A DNA stretch of 63,218 nt, filler included, from Octopus bimaculoides (GCF_001194135.2; 5 parts of 4 records of this genome joined end to end with filler, not necessarily neighbours in it); one strand, 5' to 3'. Counted from the first letter of the whole stretch, positions 40,121 to 51,848 are shown. Notes: generated by a model from the sequence alone, not told the origin. Numbers and translations are program-made.

Positions 40121-40527
40121 AAGATGGCGACCTGGCAGAATTGTTAGCGCGTCAAACAAAATGCTTAGAGGCATTACTTTCAATTCCTTACGGTCTGCGA
40201 TCAAATACCACTGAGGTCGACTTTTCCTGTCATCCTTTTAACGAATGCTCGTAGCTTAGTGGTTACGGTATTCGGCTCACGATCATAACTTTGTGGGTTC
40301 GATTCCTGGCGGCGCGTTGTTGTCCTTGAGTAAGACACTTTATTTCACGTTGCTCCACTCAGCCTTGTCACATTCTGTGTCACGCTGAATCTCCCTGAGA
40401 ACTACGTTAAGGGTATATGTAACTGCGGAGTACTCAGACGCTTGTATGTTAATTTCACGAACGGATTGTTCTGTTGATTTGATCAACTGGAACCCTCGTC
40501 GTCGAAACTGACGGAGTGCCAGTTGTT
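40121..40527 (+). mobile_element. SINE-A 5' half, then a chimeric SINE (E head 40247-40363 fused to a B tail ending at 40527)
   Basis: Head GCTTAGTGG...GGTTCGATTCC...TGTCCTTGAGTAAGACAC; the tail matches the SINE-B 3' half. Confidence 0.8.
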
Positions 40528-41604
40528 AATCCCAATTACCAATTTAATTATACATTCGTTTTTCTATCATATTAAACACAAACTGAAAATCGCCATTGAC
40601 AGAAAGATATAGGGCGCTATCTAAGTAGGATTCTGGCTTGTCTTGTATTCTAGGGGTTAGCCTTTTCCCACTTAACTTGCTAATGTTTTTAGAGAAACAC
40701 ATCAAAACGTTTTAGCTTCCTTTCACTCAAATCTCTCAGATTTCAGCCCAAAATATACGAAATCATTTTAACGCACCATTCACTGGCCGGAGTTTATCTC
40801 GAGCGCTTATCGCTCGTCCAAAACAATTCAAACGTACGTCCAAGCTTATCTCTAATGTAACCAGACTTGAAATGAAATCCAGTTACTTACCGTCTCATCG
40901 CTATTCATTTGTAGTTACCAGATTATTTTTAACCTATAAATTTTCAACATCGAAGTCATCTAATCTTATATTATAATTAGATTGCTTTACATTATAGTTT
41001 CACAGATGAATAAGATTCATAAAATGGTATAACTAAACAGTAGCGATATGAAGAGGAGATAAAGGGGTGCATAATATATATATATTTAATTAACGATGAT
41101 TGATAGTGTTGATTCACGATGCAAGCGATGTGTCATGGGGTTGGGCGTAGAACTTGCAGAATAACAGATATTTTGTGTGACACATGAAAACATTAATCAA
41201 CGTAGATAGTCAAAACTTAACTATTAGTTCTTATGAGTGCGAAGTTGGCGATTACTGATGAAGTTTTCATAATAGACACAATAATAGGCACAATAAATCG
41301 GTTCGATCCCTGCTTAAAGATGCCGAAAGTGCGGTGGTTTAACCATGGGTCCTACATTTTTGTTGATTATTTTGTTCAAGTATTATCATTTGTTTATATC
41401 GATATTAAGTTTTACTCAAATACCGCCGTGGTTGGCCTTGCCTTTCAACCCTTCAGATGAAAGTACTGGGGCCGATGTAATCGACTTGAGTCCTCGCATC
41501 AAAATTTCAGGTCTTGTGTCAAATATTAAGTTTTACAATGGCGGCGCGTTGTGATAATCGCTAGCGCGTTTCCTCTGCCTTTTTATGTTTTGAGCTAAAA
41601 TAAT

Positions 41605-41997
41605 CCTTTCTACTATAGGCACAAGGCCTGAAATTTGTGGGGAGGGGACTAGTCGATAACATCGATCCCAGTGTTTCACTGGTACTTAATTTATCCACTC
41701 TGAAAGGATGGAAGGATGAAAGGCAAAGTCAACATCGGTGGAATTTGAACTCAGAACGTATAGAAGGACGAAACACCGCTAAGCATTTCGCCCGGCGTGC
41801 TAACGTTTCTTATTTCTTTATTGCCCACAGGGGGCTAAACATAAAAGGGACAAACAAGGACAGAAAAAGGGATTAAATCGATTACATCGACACCAGTGCG
41901 TAACTGGTGCTTAATTTATCGACCCCGAAAGGATGAAAGGCAAAGTCGACCTTGGCGGAATTTGAACTCAGAACGTATAGAAGGACGAAACACCGCT
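41605..41997 (-). mobile_element. Two tandem SINE-A copies; the second has the same variant tail as 35161-35393
   Basis: ATTTCTTTATTGCCCACAGGGGGCTAAACAT matches the reverse complement of the 35360-35393 tail. Confidence 0.9.
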
Positions 41998-42662
41998 ANN
42001 NNNNNNNNNNNNNNNNNNNNNNNNNNNNNNNNNNNNNNNNNNNNNNNNNNNNNNNNNNNNNNNNNNNNNNNNNNNNNNNNNNNNNNNNNNNNNNNNNNNN
42101 NNNNNNNNNNNNNNNNNNNNNNNNNNNNNNNNNNNNNNNNNNNNNNNNNNNNNNNNNNNNNNNNNNNNNNNNNNNNNNNNNNNNNNNNNNNNNNNNNNNN
42201 NNNNNNNNNNNNNNNNNNNNNNNNNNNNNNNNNNNNNNNNNNNNNNNNNNNNNNNNNNNNNNNNNNNNNNNNNNNNNNNNNNNNNNNNNNNNNNNNNNNN
42301 NNNNNNNNNNNNNNNNNNNNNNNNNNNNNNNNNNNNNNNNNNNNNNNNNNNNNNNNNNNNNNNNNNNNNNNNNNNNNNNNNNNNNNNNNNNNNNNNNNNN
42401 NNNNNNNNNNNNNNNNNNNNNNNNNNNNNNNNNNNNNNNNNNNNNNNNNNNNNNNNNNNNNNNNNNNNNNNNNNNNNNNNNNNNNNNNNNNNNNNNNNNN
42501 NNNNNNNNNNNNNNNNNNNNNNNNNNNNNNNNNNNNNNNNNNNNNNNNNNNNNNNNNNNNNNNNNNNNNNNNNNNNTATATATATATGTATGTATGCACA
42601 TACATATATATACATACATATACACACACACATATATATATATATATACATACATATAAATA

Positions 42663-42700
<38 letters not shown>

Positions 42701-42754
42701 CATACATATACATGCATATACATGCATATACATACATATAGGCACATACATATA

Positions 42755-42822
<68 letters not shown>

Positions 42823-42908
42823 TACATACACATACATGCATATACATACATCCATACATATATTTATATATATACACATAATATACATACACACATATAT
42901 ATATATGT

Positions 42909-43068
42909 ATTATTCATTTGATTAAATACATATTTAATCAAATGAATAATGACCTACGATGGATAATTGTCAGTTCATTACAGCTGTTTCTTACGTATAT
43001 CTTTAATTACGTATCAGCTGTAATGAGCTGTCATTTACCCATCGTCTGTTATTATTCATTTGATTATA
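42909..43068. repeat. Nested palindromes: a perfect 20-bp hairpin (42909-42950) overlapping a ~55-bp-arm imperfect hairpin (42935-43068)
   Basis: ATTATTCATTTGATTAAATA-CA-TATTTAATCAAATGAATAAT; CATTACAGCTG...CAGCTGTAATG. Confidence 0.9.
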
Positions 43069-43309
43069 ATACACCAAGGGGATTTACGACTTGTCGGACA
43101 CTCTTGAGTATACCAACAATGTACTATTCAAAGTAACACGTGCTTTGGACAAGCCCCTTAGGCGCTAATTACTCATGGGGTTGGTCTTTATGTACACAAC
43201 CGGAATATCCTATTTGATGCTTACCAACCTTAGGCTGGAACCACAAGTTTATTCAACCCTACCTGGTACATATCTTTTCAAGCACCTGATTCTATCTGAA
43301 TCCTTATTT

Positions 43310-43344
<35 letters not shown>

Positions 43345-43347
<3 letters not shown>

Positions 43348-43505
43348 GACGGGATTCTTTCCGTTTCCCTCTACCAAATCCGCTGAAAAGGCTTTGGTCA
43401 GGCCTGGACTATAGTAGAATACTCTTGCCCAAGATGCCACCCAGTGGGACTGAACCCAGAACCATGTGGTTGGAAAGCAAACTTCTTACCACGCAGCCAC
43501 GCCTG
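43345..43505 (-). mobile_element. SINE C copy
   Basis: CCAAGATGCCACCCAGTGGGACTGAACCCAGAACCATGTGGTTGGAAAGCAAACTTCTTACCACGCAGCCACGCC. Confidence 0.88.
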
Positions 43506-45169
43506 CGAACATTTATTCTTCTCTTGGAGTATTGGTGCCGCAGTAAATTATGGTTGCACGTAGCATGCAACCTGGTTTAAATTCTCGGTTGCGATAGTAT
43601 TATTTACAGTTAGATATTCTCCAGGGATAAAGGAAAAGAACAAACTCTGTGAGTCACTATGGTTTCCCAATTCCATCTGCAGCGTCACCTTAGGGCTTGA
43701 AGCCTAATTAAGAAATCTCTCTACTTAATATTGACATTTCTCATTATTTTTTAAAATATATATCGTAATTTTTCGCAAATGGTGTCTGATATTTCAGTGC
43801 CTGGGGAAAGTAACTTGATTAACAATACATATATTACACATTTGATATTTCAATCTTCTTGTACAAATTTTTATTTATAATAAAAGAAATATAATAAAAA
43901 AAAACCCCAAAAACTGTCAGCAATCTGTTTATTGTTAAGATTTATACTAACAAAATAAAGATCTACTCCTTAAAGAGAATCCTATTAGAAGATTCTAGAA
44001 TATTTTTGAAATGAGATATTGGGTTTTATTGATTATGACTTGTACTTTAGCAGCATCTTATTTATTGGAAAGTTTTTTTCAACGTTTTGAGTTGGAATTA
44101 TTGTATTATGGTTCCTTCGTTAAATTAATTTATGTGAGTAAGTTATTGAACGATATCCATTTTGGTTCTCGTTTTCTTTTTAACGATGAATGAAGTCTTA
44201 TTACTCTTCATGTTCTATATTGTTGCTGCTGTGGAAGGCGTTGCTGAACTAAACTAAACAATACTCGTTCTGTTCGTTTGTTTCTGTGAAAATATTCACT
44301 CTTAAAATATGGAGGAGATCTTGTCAATTACTCAAAATGATTTTATATAAAAATATTCTCTTCATATAAACATTTTTAATTAATGATTCTCAAGTAGACA
44401 TGATTTTAATCAATCAATATGTTTTAATGAAAATTTCTGAGTTAAATTACAAATACTTAAAGTTATATAAAGTAATCTGTGAATCTAGTATACATATGTC
44501 TTATCTTTTATCAATGTTTGTGCTTCCGGAATTCATTAATTGAATTCTCTTCGATATTTATGTAAGAAGTTTCAAAAAGCGCGTTTGTAACTGTTTATGC
44601 CAGGAGAGAGGGATGAGAGCGTCATATCAAAGTAGGACTTATTTAAACATTATCATAATTTATTCACAGAAGTGGAGGAAATACATGGTCCGTGTGTGAA
44701 ATACATCTCCAAGATGAGCTGTCGCACATTATTGGTAATGTAACCTGGAATCGTTGCGGGGTTTCGGTCCTTTCAACATGAAACATCTCCACCCAGAACG
44801 CCCAACCGAAGTTGATAACAATTAAACTTGCGCCTCAGCTGTAACAGTCCTCGGATCAGCCCTCTTAATCCAAAGCCACCTGGTGACATTTCTTGCAACG
44901 TCCCTTGCAGGCTGAATGACCCTTTTCTTTTTCTATCCCTGGAAAACTAAAATGGTGGAGGACTTAGCAGAATCTGAGTCTTCCAAAACCCCTGCACTCC
45001 GCCCCTTTAGGCTCATAACAAAGGTTGAGTCTAAATGTGGGAAATCTGTGTTCATAGAAGGTTGCTGGAGCGCAGGGAATTAATAGCAAAAATGTTGTTT
45101 TGATGTCTTTATTGAGAAGATTGGTTCGATATAATGGATTTGTATCCAGGGGCAGATCAGGAATATTCA

Positions 45170-45430
45170 ATCGCCAAAAACTCAGTGAAAGACATTAGGA
45201 GATTTCTGTTCCTGTGAAATTTCCAAGCCTGGGTGAAGGTTGTGTTTTAGGTTGCATTTGCAGAAAATTTTTAGGCAGAGAGAGAAGAAATCTAAAGACA
45301 ACGGTATAAGGAGAATGCAAGGTGTAGTGGGAGGTAAAAATAATTGGAAGAAGTGACTGAGCGTTGATGCTCTTTGACATGTCGTCCCTGTTTTGCATGT
45401 TTCAGACATGCCAAAAACGAAGACCAATTT
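45170..45430 (-). mobile_element. Decayed Penelope/Poseidon-type GIY-YIG remnant
   Basis: (G)ETCKTGTT / KEHQRSV / NFTGTEI in successive frames, matching the GET.R...R.KEH...F..T.IL pattern. Confidence 0.5.
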
Positions 45431-45740
45431 CAACTGTGGAGAGATGTAGAAAAATTATCAACACTAAAAGAAGAGGGGTGTGAAGGTGAGGGGGTGGGGG
45501 GTAATATTAAGTATTTGAGTGCCAGTAAGTCGCTAAGAAGCGAGAGTGAGGAGAAACAGGATTAATAAACAGATGAACCATCTACGACATTAAACGAAAA
45601 GCAACAATGATTTCTTTAGCCACAAAAACATTTGGTTTCTGGTGAATGGTGTCCAAAACTTCAGTTCTATATTTAAGAGATGAGGAATTATGTACATTAT
45701 TTACATTTGACCGATATTTGTCCTCATCTTGCTTGTTGCT

Positions 45741-45786
45741 AACATAGCATTTCGGCTGATATACCCTCCAGCCCTCATCAGGTGTC
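45741..45786 (-). ncRNA. Hammerhead motif with decayed helix III, next to a (TAA)n tract
   Basis: GACAC-CTGATGA-G-GGCTG-GAGGGTATAT-CAGCC-GAAAT-GCT-ATGTT. Helix II has 5 perfect pairs; the cleavage triplet is not NUH. Confidence 0.55.
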
Positions 45787-45835
45787 TTGGGGAAATTTCG
45801 AACCTGGGTTCTCATTCCTAAGGTATTTTTCGAAA

Positions 45836-45891
<56 letters not shown>

Positions 45892-46340
45892 NNNNNNNNN
45901 NNNNNNNNNNNNNNNNNNNNNNNNNNNNNNNNNNNTTAATTAATTAANNNNNNNNNNNNNNNNNNNNNNNNNNNNNNNNNNNNNNNNNNNNTGAAACTCA
46001 GAACGTAAAGACGGACAAAATGCCGCAAAGAATTTTCGTCCGGTGTGGTAACGATTCTGCTAGAGCACCGAGTTTACAGTATACATTTCTCAGGTACATT
46101 ACAATTCGTCGGCAAGGGGTTAAAAGAGGGGACAACATGCCGCAAAAGAGTAGAAGAAAGGATAGGATGTCGGGAAACGATAGAAGCGGGAACAGCTCGT
46201 CGGAAAAACGCAACAAAAAAAGGATTAAAATGAGAAGAGAAAAATACTATTTCTTTTTGTCACCGTTATCCGGATTATTGTCATCAGTACTCGTGTTATT
46301 ATTGATGTTGATTGTTGTTGTTGTTTTCGTTTCTTTTTGC

Positions 46341-46371
<31 letters not shown>

Positions 46372-46504
46372 GTTCCTATTGTTGTAATAACAATAATCAC
46401 AGCAACATCGGTAACAACTAGTTAGTGATATTACTATTGTCTGTCTCTTACTCGTCACAATTGTGGTTGCGGTTTTTTCTTTGTTTTAATATTGGTATTA
46501 TTGA

Positions 46505-46580
46505 TCTTCTTCTTCTTCTTCTTCTTCTTCTTCTTCTTCTTCTTCTTCTTCTTCTTCTTCTTCTTCTTCTTCTTCTTCTT
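46505..46580. repeat. (CTT)n microsatellite
   Basis: Directly visible; it is the source of the poly-L, poly-R and poly-E ORFs. Confidence 0.98.
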
Positions 46581-46813
46581 CTGCTACTGCTACCACTAAC
46601 GCCGCCGCCGCTGCAACCTCCACCTCCACCACTAATACTATCACCAACCACCACCAGCGCTTCCACATGTTATTTGTAAATATAGTTTTTATCCGACCCA
46701 CTAATAAGATTGTATTTATGCATACGCGCAGCATGTTTACATGTCTATGTTTACAAATACCTAGCTCCCTATAAGTACATAAACGCATGAAGACATACAT
46801 ACATGCATATATG

Positions 46814-46858
<45 letters not shown>

Positions 46859-47035
46859 TCATAGATACGTTGTATATACACGTACATACACACGTTTGTG
46901 ATTATGAATACATGCTATGTTACAAAGGTGTGCACTTGTGCATACAAGTATATATACATATGTGCGTGTGTGTGTATGTGCGTGTGTTTGTGAGTGTGCA
47001 TGCATGTATGTATATATATGTATATACATATATGT

Positions 47036-47080
<45 letters not shown>

Positions 47081-47268
47081 ATATATGTGTATATATTTGT
47101 GCATGCATATAATATATCGGTATGTATGTATGTGCGTATATATATATATATATATATATATACGTGTGCATTTGTGCATGCATATAAGTATATATATGTC
47201 TGTGTGTGTATATATATATATAGAGAGAGAGATATAGATAGATAGATAGATAGATATATGTGTGTATG

Positions 47269-47304
<36 letters not shown>

Positions 47305-47863
47305 TGTATGTATATATATATGTATGTATGTATGCATGTTTAGAAGTGCATGATATGTGGTTGTCTGTATGTACGTATCGGTATAAATATACATACATAT
47401 ATTCATAATTCAAGCGTATACATACATGCATTCATATATACACAGACATATGTACATAGATACATTTATACACACACATACATACATGCATACATACATA
47501 CATACATATTTATGATTCTTGATGTAAGCGGTGAAAGAAAGAAGAGTGTTCAACAAGAACTCAAGATCCTACTTAGTTACCAGTTTGCAGAACAACCTGC
47601 ATAGATGATTTGTTCATAGTGATCAAATGTCTGTTCTGTACATAAGCTCACTGCATCCATCAAACCGATATTGTAGAAGCGGACGGTGTGTCACAGCTCT
47701 GATGTCAAGATGATCGCAGACTAAAGTGAGAATATTAGGTTTGGTATGCTTTACTGTTCTATACCTAGAATAGCAAGGCATCGTTACCAAAAGACCGGTC
47801 AATGCATAGGACAGGCTTTTGTTGGCAAGGGTTTTCGTTCTCTCTCACAAGTACTGTTGCATT

Positions 47864-47899
<36 letters not shown>

Positions 47900-47900
47900 C

Positions 47901-48105
47901 TTTATTAATAAAACTGCAAAGACATCACATAATCTGTTACTCAGTTTCACGTTCCCGACGAACGGAAACGTGAAACTCTGAGTAACAGTTTATGTGATGT
48001 CTTTGCAGCTTTATTAATAAAACATATTACTCTACCTCCGGTATTCGAGTTCAATTTTCCCACCTTCGTTCACATTTATGTGCTTACTCTGGTGTATATT
48101 TTTTT
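47901..48105 (+). mobile_element. Hammerhead-bearing cassette with a fold-back 5' end (arms 47901-47955 and 47964-48021; core 47955-47988)
   Basis: CCGACGA-ACG-GAAA-CGT-GAAAC-TCTGA-GTA^ACAG; the cassette is homologous to the minus strand of 51085-51235. Confidence 0.8.
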
Positions 48106-48201
48106 TATATATATATGTGTCAAAACAACTTTTAGCCCGTGGGAACACTTTTCTAACGACAGACAAGGGAGACAGGCTTCCTCCCTACGAAAAGCGAGAC
48201 A

Positions 48202-48251
48202 GAGTCATATAAGCGCTGATTTCAGATTTATTCAATATTCATCGGTGACCC
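48202..48251 (-). ncRNA. Type I hammerhead ribozyme, near-intact
   Basis: Minus strand GGGTCA-CCGATGA-ATATT-GAATA-AATCT-GAAAT-CAGCGCTT-ATA^TGACTC. Helix I has 6 bp (one G-U), helix II has 4 of 5, and helix III carries the palindromic AGCGCT. Confidence 0.78.
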
Positions 48252-48462
48252 ATTGCTCCGCCGCTGTGGGTTAAAGAACCCAAGTCACCTTGTCAGCCTT
48301 ATAGAGAACACTATAGGAATCATTGACTGATTTCGAAAATGGTGAAGTGAGAATTATAAATTATTAAGGTGTCTATTAGCAATTTAGAACCGACTATATT
48401 TGTTGCCTTTTGGTTCTAAATTGCGAATAGCAAGCTTAATAATTTATATATATATATATATA

Positions 48463-48682
48463 AAGGGGGCGAGCTGGCAAAATCGTTAGCACACCGGGCG
48501 AAACGCTTAGCAGTGTTTCGTCTGTCTTTACGTTCTGAGTTCAAATTCCGCCGAGGTCGACTTTGCCTTTCATCCCTTCGGGGTCAATAAGTTAAATACC
48601 AGTTGCGTACTGGGGTCGATCTAATCGACTGACCCCCTCCCCCAAAATTTCGGGCCTTATGCCTAGAGTAGAAAAGAATATT
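48463..48682 (+). mobile_element. Full-length, young-looking SINE-A
   Basis: Intact A and B boxes and body, with little divergence from 2748-2986 and 51647-51848. Confidence 0.95.
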
Positions 48683-48870
48683 ATATGTATGTATATATAT
48701 ATATATATAATGCATACTTGCAGAGTATATGGATTTATGTAATCTGATGGTAATCAGAAAAAAACGGTCTTGTAGTAGACCAGACTACAAACCTATTCAT
48801 AGGGGTGTAAAGTAGTGTCGTATGCGGTTGAAATCCAGTAAATCAAATCAGTATAAGTATACATAACTAT

Positions 48871-49130
48871 ATGTCTGTGCACATCTTTGAATGCAGTGTA
48901 TGCCAGAAGATTTGCAAATCCAACGGAGGCCTCAAAAGAAATTTTAAGTTCCACAAAGAGCAGAACTTATCTGCAGCTCCTGGTGGTCCAAATCGGAGGT
49001 GCAATCTATTTGGGTATCTTTTCAGAACATTGTCTGGTTTAAAAAGCCACATCAGATGCCATGATGGATCTAAGGTGTAGGTACAGGAGGTGGTCAAACT
49101 CTGCATAAGGAGTAGACAACCACCATATGT
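48871..49130 (+). mobile_element. Two degenerate C2H2 zinc fingers, probably the 3' end of an RTE-type LINE ORF2
   Basis: CSVC-x12-N-x3-H and CNLF-x12-H-x3-H, each missing one ligand, followed by a short UTR and a TA-rich tail. A decayed host ZNF exon is the alternative. Confidence 0.5.
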
Positions 49131-49299
49131 ATGTATATATGAGTGTTATCTATATAATCATAGATGAGTGTTTTAGAAATGCCTGATACATGATTGCGTG
49201 TATATATGTTGTTTCTCTCTTCTTAATTTAGATTTAACTTCGACTGGTCGCCTGCTTGGTCGCAGGGTTGTTGAAGAAAGCATCTTCTTTTGTTCATCA

Positions 49300-49900
49300 T
49301 CCTTTAAGTCATAAGAAGGTCTTGTAGATTTTTATAGTCTCAGATATCGCTTTCATTTGTAGTGTATAAGTTAAGGAGTTGCGTTCTCTTTCCAAGAACC
49401 CTAGTTCAACCATACTTTGCTCCAGACAGGTGGCACGTATCCTATTACTTAAAAAATTACAGGTATGAAGATGAGATTATATCTCAGATACTGGATTTGA
49501 AAATTTCTTTGAAAATGGTCCATAGATGTTCCCTTTCTCTTGTATTTATTTTTCTCATCACATTGGTGTCTAGAGCGCAGCTACTTTCCATAACAGAACA
49601 CATCCTTTTCTTGTGGTTCCACAGAATTATCTGGTCGGTTGTGTTTTAACTAGGTGACAATTTGAACTTTTTAAGTTCCACCAATATTCTCTTGACCCAT
49701 TGATTTCAATATGATCAACTTCGTCTGTAAATGCTTTCTTTTCCAAATGTTCTGGCCACCGCATCATAGCTGGTGGCAAGATAATGTCTAGAAGACATTC
49801 TCTCGCAGTTGGAAATAATATAGTTGAGGTCTTCAGTCTTAATCTTGCACAGACTATATTTGTTTTCTGTCAAAATTTTCTGTCAATGCCTTCTATCAAT
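49300..49900 (-). mobile_element. R4/Dong-type RLE non-LTR retrotransposon relic (zinc knuckle plus restriction-like endonuclease)
   Basis: YSLCKIKTEDLNYIISNC, EYWWNLK, KHNRPD, W...C.VMESSC.LDTNV, IYGP and LQMKAISETIKIYKTFL across frameshifts. Confidence 0.8.
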
Positions 49901-50139
49901 GTTTTCTGCTTTTATGCCGTAGGAACATTTTGGGGATCCCTTTTCTTGGAAAGTTGGATGTTATAAACTTGCCGCCACTCCATTTGTATGTATGTATGCA
50001 TATACACACAGGTAATGCTGATGGTGGTAGTAAAAGTGGCGATAGTGATGATTCGCCGTTGATTTCGAATATTAGGTTTCAAAGTAGTTATCTTTCTCAA
50101 TGATTTATATGTATATAGACGAAGGCGTTGTGTGGTTTC

Positions 50140-51040
50140 GGGTTTATGTCCAGAACTATCTGATGTCATCTTCTGAAAATGGTGGGTTTTCAATGACATC
50201 AGTTAAAAGGCCTCCTTTAAACAAAATACACATATAAAATTGTCTGAAATGGGCAGAAGATAACATGAAGGTCAACGTTTCACAAGTTTTCTTTATGGAC
50301 ATAACTTGTGCTACCCTTAATGGACCTGATGGTTGGAGCAGGGATGGGTTGTAAATGGACGAAATCGTCAACAACGCTTGAGATGCCAACAATCGGGAGA
50401 AGACATCATGATTTGGGCTGGTATTATTGGAGGCATTATGGTTAGTCCTTGGAAAGTGCCTGAAGGTGTTAAGATGACTGCGGATATTTACATAACTTTT
50501 CTGAGGGAACACCTTGAACCTTGGTTTAAAAAGCAATGGATCACATTCAAGAAAACCATAATATTCATGCAAGATAATGCACCCTTGCACTCAGTGAAGA
50601 AGGCTACAGAGTATCTGCAACAATTTGGGTTCTGTGGATCTCGAAAGATGAAGTGGTTTGCCTGTTTGTCCAACTTTAACCCAATAGAAAACTCGGGGAG
50701 TAGTCTAAAGCGACGAGTTTACGAAAATGGAGGCCAATTTAGGAGCAAGGATGAACTGTGTCAGGCAATAGTGGATGTATCCCGTGGTACAACATCAGAA
50801 GAGATACAGAAATTAGCTTATTCCATGAGCAGCACCTTTTCTAACTTATCTCAAACAATGGCTCATATATCCCTAAGTAACCAGCTCACCAGCCATTTTT
50901 GAACGCCGTTTATTTGTTTATTGCTATTTCTTCCACGTTTATGACTGTATGGGTTCACTTCAGTAAGTACATCTAACAAATTGATATTTTCCTGTTTACA
51001 TGAGTTCTAATTACACCTCGCTAATAATTTGAAACAATGA
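50140..51040 (+). pseudogene. DD37E (TRT-type) Tc1-like transposase pseudogene
   Basis: KRPPLNKIHI*NCLKWAEDNMK..VFFMD..ATLNGPDGWS, then a frameshift at about 50341 into GWVV..IWAGI..VPEGVKMT..MQDNAPLH-x-NPIEN. There are 37 residues between the second D and the E, and a stop at 50235-50237. Confidence 0.9.
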
Positions 51041-51184
51041 AAGTTTACGTAAATTTGGTAAATGGCCATAGTTTCTGTGTTTTACGAAACACATAAATGT
51101 GAACGAGGTAGGAAAAATAGTACTCGAATACCGGATGTAGAGTAATGTGCATTATTATTAAATCTGCAAAAACATCACACAAAT

Positions 51185-51240
51185 ATCACAAAAAACTGCT
51201 ACTCAGAGTTTCACGTTCCTGTTCGTCGGACAGTTGTGAT
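51185..51240 (-). ncRNA. Type I hammerhead ribozyme in a ~350 bp cassette (about 51050-51400)
   Basis: Minus strand AACTGT-CCGACGA-ACA-GGAA-CGT-GAAAC-TCTGA-GTA^GCAGTT. Helix I has 6 bp and extends through ATCAC/GTGAT; helix II has one mismatch. Confidence 0.78.
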
Positions 51241-51444
51241 TAAGAATGGCACAAGAATTAAGGTTACATATATAAATATATTGTACAATTTACATTGACA
51301 GATACCCATTTGAATTTGGTTTCATTTCATTGGTCGCTTCAACTAACGTTTTTTTTTAAAGAAACGGTAATATAAAATTACATATAGTATTGTGTAAAAT
51401 CGACTTGCATAAACACATTCGCATGAATACATACATACATACAT

Positions 51445-51480
<36 letters not shown>

Positions 51481-51646
51481 AGTTACACACATGTATACAT
51501 AGTTACACACATGTATACACGCTTACACATATACATATACACATATATGTATATACATACATATATACTTAAACATAGATACACACGCAGTACATATATA
51601 CGCATACGTATATATTCAAAACTGTGTGTCTGGTGTATTGAATATT

Positions 51647-51848
51647 CTTTTCTACTCTAGACACAAGGCCCGAAATTTTGGGGAGGGGTACAGTAGATTA
51701 GATCGACCCTAGTACGCAACTTAATTTATCGAACCCGAAAGGATAAAAGGCAAAGTCGACCTCGGCGGAATTTGAACTCAGAACGTAAAGACAGACAAAA
51801 TACCGCTAAGCATTTCGCGTGCTAACGTGTCTGCCAGCTAGCCGCCTT
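51647..51848 (-). mobile_element. Full SINE-A with a 17-bp target-site duplication
   Basis: CTGGTGTATTGAATATT at 51630-51646 and 51849-51865. Confidence 0.95.

Noticed and set aside
43797-43830. CAGTGCCTGGGGAAAGTA resembling a Tc1 TIR
   Set aside because: No TA target immediately 5', no partner TIR and no transposase remnant nearby.
44520-44556. Hammerhead-like motif around the GAATTCA-TTAAT-TGAATTC hairpin (similar weak cases at 17533-17572, 22000-22040, 56095-56130 and 60740-60775)
   Set aside because: Two or more core positions are wrong and helix I is absent; not distinguishable from chance by eye.
48871-49080. Functional C2H2 zinc-finger gene exon
   Set aside because: Each finger lacks a zinc ligand, there is no TGEKP linker, and the 3' context resembles a LINE tail.
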